Shown: positions 40,101-42,288 of the stretch, piece by piece
Numbering within the stretch: the stretch's first letter is position 1
Layout: each line of letters starts with the position of its first letter
Virus record (IMG/VR): IMGVR_UViG_3300027726_000002
From: a virus
Reading direction: 5' to 3' (one strand)
DNA length: 42,288 bases
Notes under the pieces: model-generated
Database searches by the model: none
Seen by the model: the letters and a program-made list of their open reading frames with translations, nothing else
What the model was told of the DNA's origin: nothing
Made by a program: the position numbers and the translations under genes

Positions 40101-41956
40101 TCTCTGGACCATGCCCGCTTGCTCCACACTTCCACCAGTGCTTTTCCTTTGGGCGACCAGTCCCGCAATGCAACCGGCAGGGCTGCGGCTTCACTCCCGC
40201 CCAATGTGCGCATCCCGATTTCAGCAATCACGCGCGGGTCATTGTTGGCAATCCCGTCCACAAACTTCTGCATGGTCACGGGGTCATATCCCGCCCGGTC
40301 TAACACGCCGGTCAGGTTCGTTCCCATTCCGTCCACCACTTCAATCGCCCGCGCTTTCGGTTCCAACGTGGTCATGTAGCCCCAGGCTGCTTCCAGTTTG
40401 TTGTTATAAACCGGCTTCTCCAGGCTCTTCGCTTTCCCTTCGGGTGTCCAGGGGGATAACCACCGTTCGATGCTGTTCAGGTGGATGTCTTTGGGTTGGG
40501 TAAGTTTCGCTGCTTCTTTGTACGTTCGCATTCCGTGAATTAGCCCGGACGAGCTGTCCAATGCGTTCACAAAGTCAGCCGTAAAGCCGGTCGCTTTTGC
40601 CAGCTTCGCCCCCGTTTTTGAAAGCCCCACTCCCGCAAAGTTAAGCGGGTCTGCCAGCATGGTTCCGAATAACTCCCGCATTTCACCTTCAAAGCCATAC
40701 CGTTTCTGGTAGTCGGTAAACACGCTTTCCATACTCTCGCCGCCAACCACCCGATCAAACGCCTCGGTAAGCGCCTGGTATCCCATCTCCGACTCTGCCA
40801 GTTCGCGCACTTCGGTGGTTCCCATCGTCCAGGCGGTTTCCGGTTGGCCTTTGTTTTTGGCTGCGACAATCGCCCACGGGTTTCCTTCCAGGTAGGGTGC
40901 GGCTTTCTCGATCCCGCCCATCACCCAATCAGGAATATCCATCCCAAGTTTTTCGAATTGTTCTGCCAGTATTTTCGCCTGCTCTGCGCCAAACCGGACC
41001 ACAAACGCTTGCGGGGTGACGGTGGTCGCGGCTGCTTTCAGGATTTCCTCATTGGGTAATACCCGGTAGGCCAACTGCGATACATCCCACGCCGCCCCCA
41101 GGTTGTCCATCAATTCGGTGATCAGGGGTAGTCCTGTCTCTCCGGTGATTGCCTTCTCCGTTGATCCCAATGCGGATAGTCCAGCAAGTCCGGCCATTCC
41201 CCCTACTCGTTTGGTGAATTCTGCGCCAACGTTCAATAGCATCAACGCCTTTACCACAACATTGGTCTTATTTGGATCCCAATATGTTTCGGATGCCTGC
41301 GCCGCGCCGGGGTATTGCCCCGCGTAGGTGGGGGAGGCGGGGGCGTCTGTTGCTTTTCCCAATACTCCACCCAATACACCACCCAGAATTACTCCCGGTA
41401 CACCACCCTGCAATCCCGCTATTGCTCCCTGAGCTGCGCCGGCAGTTGCGCCCGTGCTAAATATCCGGGTCATCCATTGCTGGAAAGTTGACAGGCTATC
41501 CCATTGCTCTTGTGGCATCCCAAATGTGCTGTAGTTGCCCTGCATTGGGGTGGTTTCCGCGCCGGGGACGGTGATCTGTTCCACCTGGTTGGGGGTCTGA
41601 ATATCCATATCCTCCGGGGGAATAGATAATGCTTTCAGGAAGTCCCATACCGGGTCATCCACACCGGGGGTCTTGTCCCATGCCGTCCAGGATTTCCCGT
41701 CGTTCAATCGGCTCATGTAGTCATAAGCCAGGGTCAATCCTTCGGTGTCCAGCCATTCCGGGGCCATTTCATCCGGGGCCATGCTGGATACTGTCTCGTA
41801 CCACTTCCCCAGGTTCTCCGGCTTTGCCCAATATTCGCGGTTCGCCCCGCCCTCGATCACGCTGCCTACATCTGCGCCGGGTTGGTAGTCCTGAATAAAT
41901 TGTTCAATAGAAACGGATTGCCCGCTTCCCTCTGCCTCAATGGGTTGAAAGGTCAT
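34154..41956 (-). CDS. Giant 2600-aa virion-module protein (candidate internal core / ejection protein)
   Basis: A single uninterrupted 7803-nt ORF (18.5% of the genome) between the portal-side small genes and the scaffold. It has a glycine-zipper hydrophobic segment at residues ~165-200 (GATAGAAQGAIAGLQGGVPGVILGGVLGGVLGK) and long helical, acidic and Pro-rich linker regions. Two ~50-aa repeats lie near the C-terminus. No catalytic motif recognised by eye. Confidence 0.8.
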   Translation of the reverse strand: MTFQPIEAEGSGQSVSIEQFIQDYQPGADVGSVIEGGANREYWAKPENLGKWYETVSSMAPDEMAPEWLDTEGLTLAYDYMSRLNDGKSWTAWDKTPGVDDPVWDFLKALSIPPEDMDIQTPNQVEQITVPGAETTPMQGNYSTFGMPQEQWDSLSTFQQWMTRIFSTGATAGAAQGAIAGLQGGVPGVILGGVLGGVLGKATDAPASPTYAGQYPGAAQASETYWDPNKTNVVVKALMLLNVGAEFTKRVGGMAGLAGLSALGSTEKAITGETGLPLITELMDNLGAAWDVSQLAYRVLPNEEILKAAATTVTPQAFVVRFGAEQAKILAEQFEKLGMDIPDWVMGGIEKAAPYLEGNPWAIVAAKNKGQPETAWTMGTTEVRELAESEMGYQALTEAFDRVVGGESMESVFTDYQKRYGFEGEMRELFGTMLADPLNFAGVGLSKTGAKLAKATGFTADFVNALDSSSGLIHGMRTYKEAAKLTQPKDIHLNSIERWLSPWTPEGKAKSLEKPVYNNKLEAAWGYMTTLEPKARAIEVVDGMGTNLTGVLDRAGYDPVTMQKFVDGIANNDPRVIAEIGMRTLGGSEAAALPVALRDWSPKGKALVEVWSKRAWSRDILAKVAKVSGRSIDDVLKSLDDVSGKESDILAKQFVEAARQSGDEAASTIVQAFDAGDFSGKTLQDFAKTYLKDKAPLTESEFMGRYYTGMMDHIEKWTAEYFGVKPDHWTIRMSNTVKNVQGIFMLDGSPNYLFENGMDNIVKLAYEGVLDFDTKGRRDAFWSEFGVKSPRMEETFISREKNVKGAIDEAGVQPGKLEDFNKLVRSGRRRFGLFSNASSKLEGWSTDTAMYHGVRQAMNYLWRPGKGFDRIPPGLERSLDGIQPGLAKVIERKIASGVSKAQIEKSIWEAAGKKTVDEILGEASETLGVDDAMARDAMQKTGAYDYLKDNIPENATDADIDKAFAGLANHISEKMDEWTDLRIKAEAEKAANIAKTEGPLGIVDLYDEAALDEATTHIGGYDGWERVYELQDMMTPEEFGRMLKNQRSLSDAAHKRSWKRRRANYVGITEQLGIDGQYAKTLELNLIDQEKNWSEFHKLKWDLWKDAKKSKDTPEWAIVRDEVRAKVRAAFQDATRVELELQRKLDAELVKTLEAWYGPEVSKIAQTWREGVANIREDMTQRMLAHREEVDQIKKPEEKRAAWDKFLTEEYKPAIVERMHQNITGAHEVYKLASAATPKEAPAPIKSAEEIVSTARAEWLEQARADVVVKKHGLTPDEMGTVNQIRQIASEYGLASAKADGSPDPGFDRHLLATVNKYLGTDTSRVADLSPDQVRQAFEERAKAKAPRVEMEAARVVETPAVEPPKSEFAIKREELFDQTRGEMPPEISEAVKAEAEMMLEELKQGEAGKRVFTWVDYQSQPIVTGQPSTNAQWYRDLYFDKKLNKKAVYTALERIIEDKGKDDVRYKNVREVKDLLLDRLINGAESELAGQTPPDPKILTFLGDMEGAADALVQWMDLYEANGTPMPYDEMVKLAGSEEGFARLLDIMDEMQAKKQPPQPEVVVDDSIPFLQTEATQPQVEAERAAEMPEQAAASGSSTKTFSPVYDDYVKPFADRLAESNDLLSIEQLLEMSKGEITNNIKNLQKKYFGDDIEFTERAVFDWAMSQYYRQLFNSIDPHALTSEKFYKLYTPVEIIDGETRIYSREEFPYLVDTFQKYGKKWFIDVNSGKATPMGNYSSEYLNGISADDLFELHAAFVERALSEGKPVPAEVLADYPDLAAKYSQPTPPKVEAPQVEATQPPPIEEVTIEEPITPAPFALLEEPTLEEMAGRIEELERETIQAKVEEWGGEVSETANPNPNPVGDAPPGTVTGLYPQDIGKLFESGWNETIYHLIDTMQGRMKGDTGNAVNLKDANLSPEQVKEVRRYLETQYAKLTDAKLTATRYAKVNRDIALLDYTKRYGADNIAGIVFPYQFWFTRSAMEWAMRAIDHPAYLSQYSRIRDAQERMSKQMPGFPARLRGKMSIPFPWLPEGWGNTIYVDPLKRMFSFEQMLNQTMRPLQQDEANRISKAQFLIRQMAEDGQITQAQMSEALNNKAGPIWEKAITQAQMEVEAEIANPIDLVNTMSGFSWPLQVAYQKIMGRESKIKAPPSLQAVTNITSFFTPGGVNAGGWLQKALGAPERGFLFNYYIERELSNMVANGEANIEEVMLAMVDQQGELWQEAMSRTGKQAAVKSYTATLSLDLFPEGEQEQRILQQEFSQAIENGTVAEFFDANPEYEARMMLTNWDDPEERVKRYLIGSIWDAYNGLSELERREATDQLGELFQEAFLNKETRSYDAIDLATITEWTQLLGGKVPDTAPAVPQGSLELPGQAESGAYSTYLETRKTQFPNIDLIQSMYYKLPPAMQDQFRQNNPMLTEYQEWRDMFIAENPDLIPYMIGEESRLSGVPEEILTQVYAYKGEKAQYFPKIGLTQDKYYSLTGAARKAYLLDHPELRQYWDWQKARLAQSPEIIPHVKSSDTIAKAVLGDDYTAGYRVDSNLFDGYVSTELFAHTLTGKPLGEGARAELYSLWKKEKSGLPYDAWLAQVLELFSYQQ

Positions 41957-41968
41957 ATCACCCGCCCT

Positions 41969-42288
41969 TTATGGGTTCCAGCGTACAATTGATCCAGCAA
42001 CGCCGGATTGTGTGCCTGCGCTGCTATCTCCACCATGAAACTTCTGTAGCATGTAGTTGAGCGCCGCTATTCTATATTGCGCTCTGTCTTTGTTGAGTTT
42101 GCCGCTGGCAATCCCCTGTTCCATCTGCGAGATTTGCGCCTGTATTTTCTCTACCGATGGGATGTCCTCCGGCTTCATCGCCTGTCCAGAACCGTGCTTA
42201 CCGCTTTTCCCGCCTTTTTGCCCATACGGTCCGGGCGTCCCAATCGGCTGTCCCCATTGGTTCATTGTGTTGCTGTAGGTTCCATCAG
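41969..42288 (-). CDS. 3' part of the junction-spanning 243-aa gene (see 1..539)
   Basis: The frame is open from 42288 down to the TAA at 41969-41971. The track ORF (42265 start) is only the last 98 codons. C-terminal sequence: ...SVEKIQAQISQMEQGIASGKLNKDRAQYRIAALNYMLQKF. Confidence 0.75.
   Translation of the reverse strand, partial: DGTYSNTMNQWGQPIGTPGPYGQKGGKSGKHGSGQAMKPEDIPSVEKIQAQISQMEQGIASGKLNKDRAQYRIAALNYMLQKFHGGDSSAGTQSGVAGSIVRWNP
42162..42288. repeat. Exact 127-bp terminal direct repeat, copy 2
   Basis: Identical to 1-127. Confidence 0.9.

Overview
The window is a complete, circularly closed phage genome. Bases 1-127 repeat exactly at 42162-42288, leaving about 42,161 bp of unique sequence. 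It is a temperate tailed dsDNA phage with podovirus-like gene content: no sheath, tube or tape-measure candidates. Genes are tightly packed, mostly on the minus strand, with many ATGA/TGATG stop-start overlaps.

There are three blocks:
1. A late operon starts at a palindromic promoter near 8390. It runs down through a metallophosphoesterase, holin-like genes, TerS, TerL, an inserted accessory cluster (LamG-like protein, Tat-signal glycoside hydrolase) and the portal. It then crosses the artificial contig junction into a 2600-aa ORF, scaffold, major capsid, a glycosyltransferase cassette, adaptor/nozzle/fibre-like genes and an M23 peptidase ending at 24191.
2. An early operon runs from an RHH Cro-like gene (22252) down to a Prim-Pol/SF3 primase-helicase (9641). 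It includes a pentapeptide-repeat protein, ERCC4 nuclease, AAA_24 ATPase, Cas4-like nuclease, Zn-ribbon and membrane-HTH proteins, a lipoprotein and a C5 methyltransferase.
3. Plus-strand lysogeny genes comprise a CI-like repressor, a small membrane moron, a tRNA-Pro(GGG) 3' fragment (attP candidate) and a tyrosine integrase. A small plus-strand block lies at 8523-9370.

The most unusual signal is at 16376-16648. Two arrays of 23 and 24 strictly phased degenerate pentanucleotides (CNNGC) sit inside the otherwise gap-free early operon. They are open in all six frames and give the same A-[R/W]-x-G-x pentapeptide period in every minus-strand frame.

Other points of interest:
- the giant ORF between portal and scaffold
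- a three-domain glycosyltransferase cassette in the virion module
- a duplicated palindrome-bearing promoter
- an iteron/AT-rich ori candidate
- leaderless-type promoter geometries at the immunity switch

All functional calls rest on motifs read by eye. No database search was possible.
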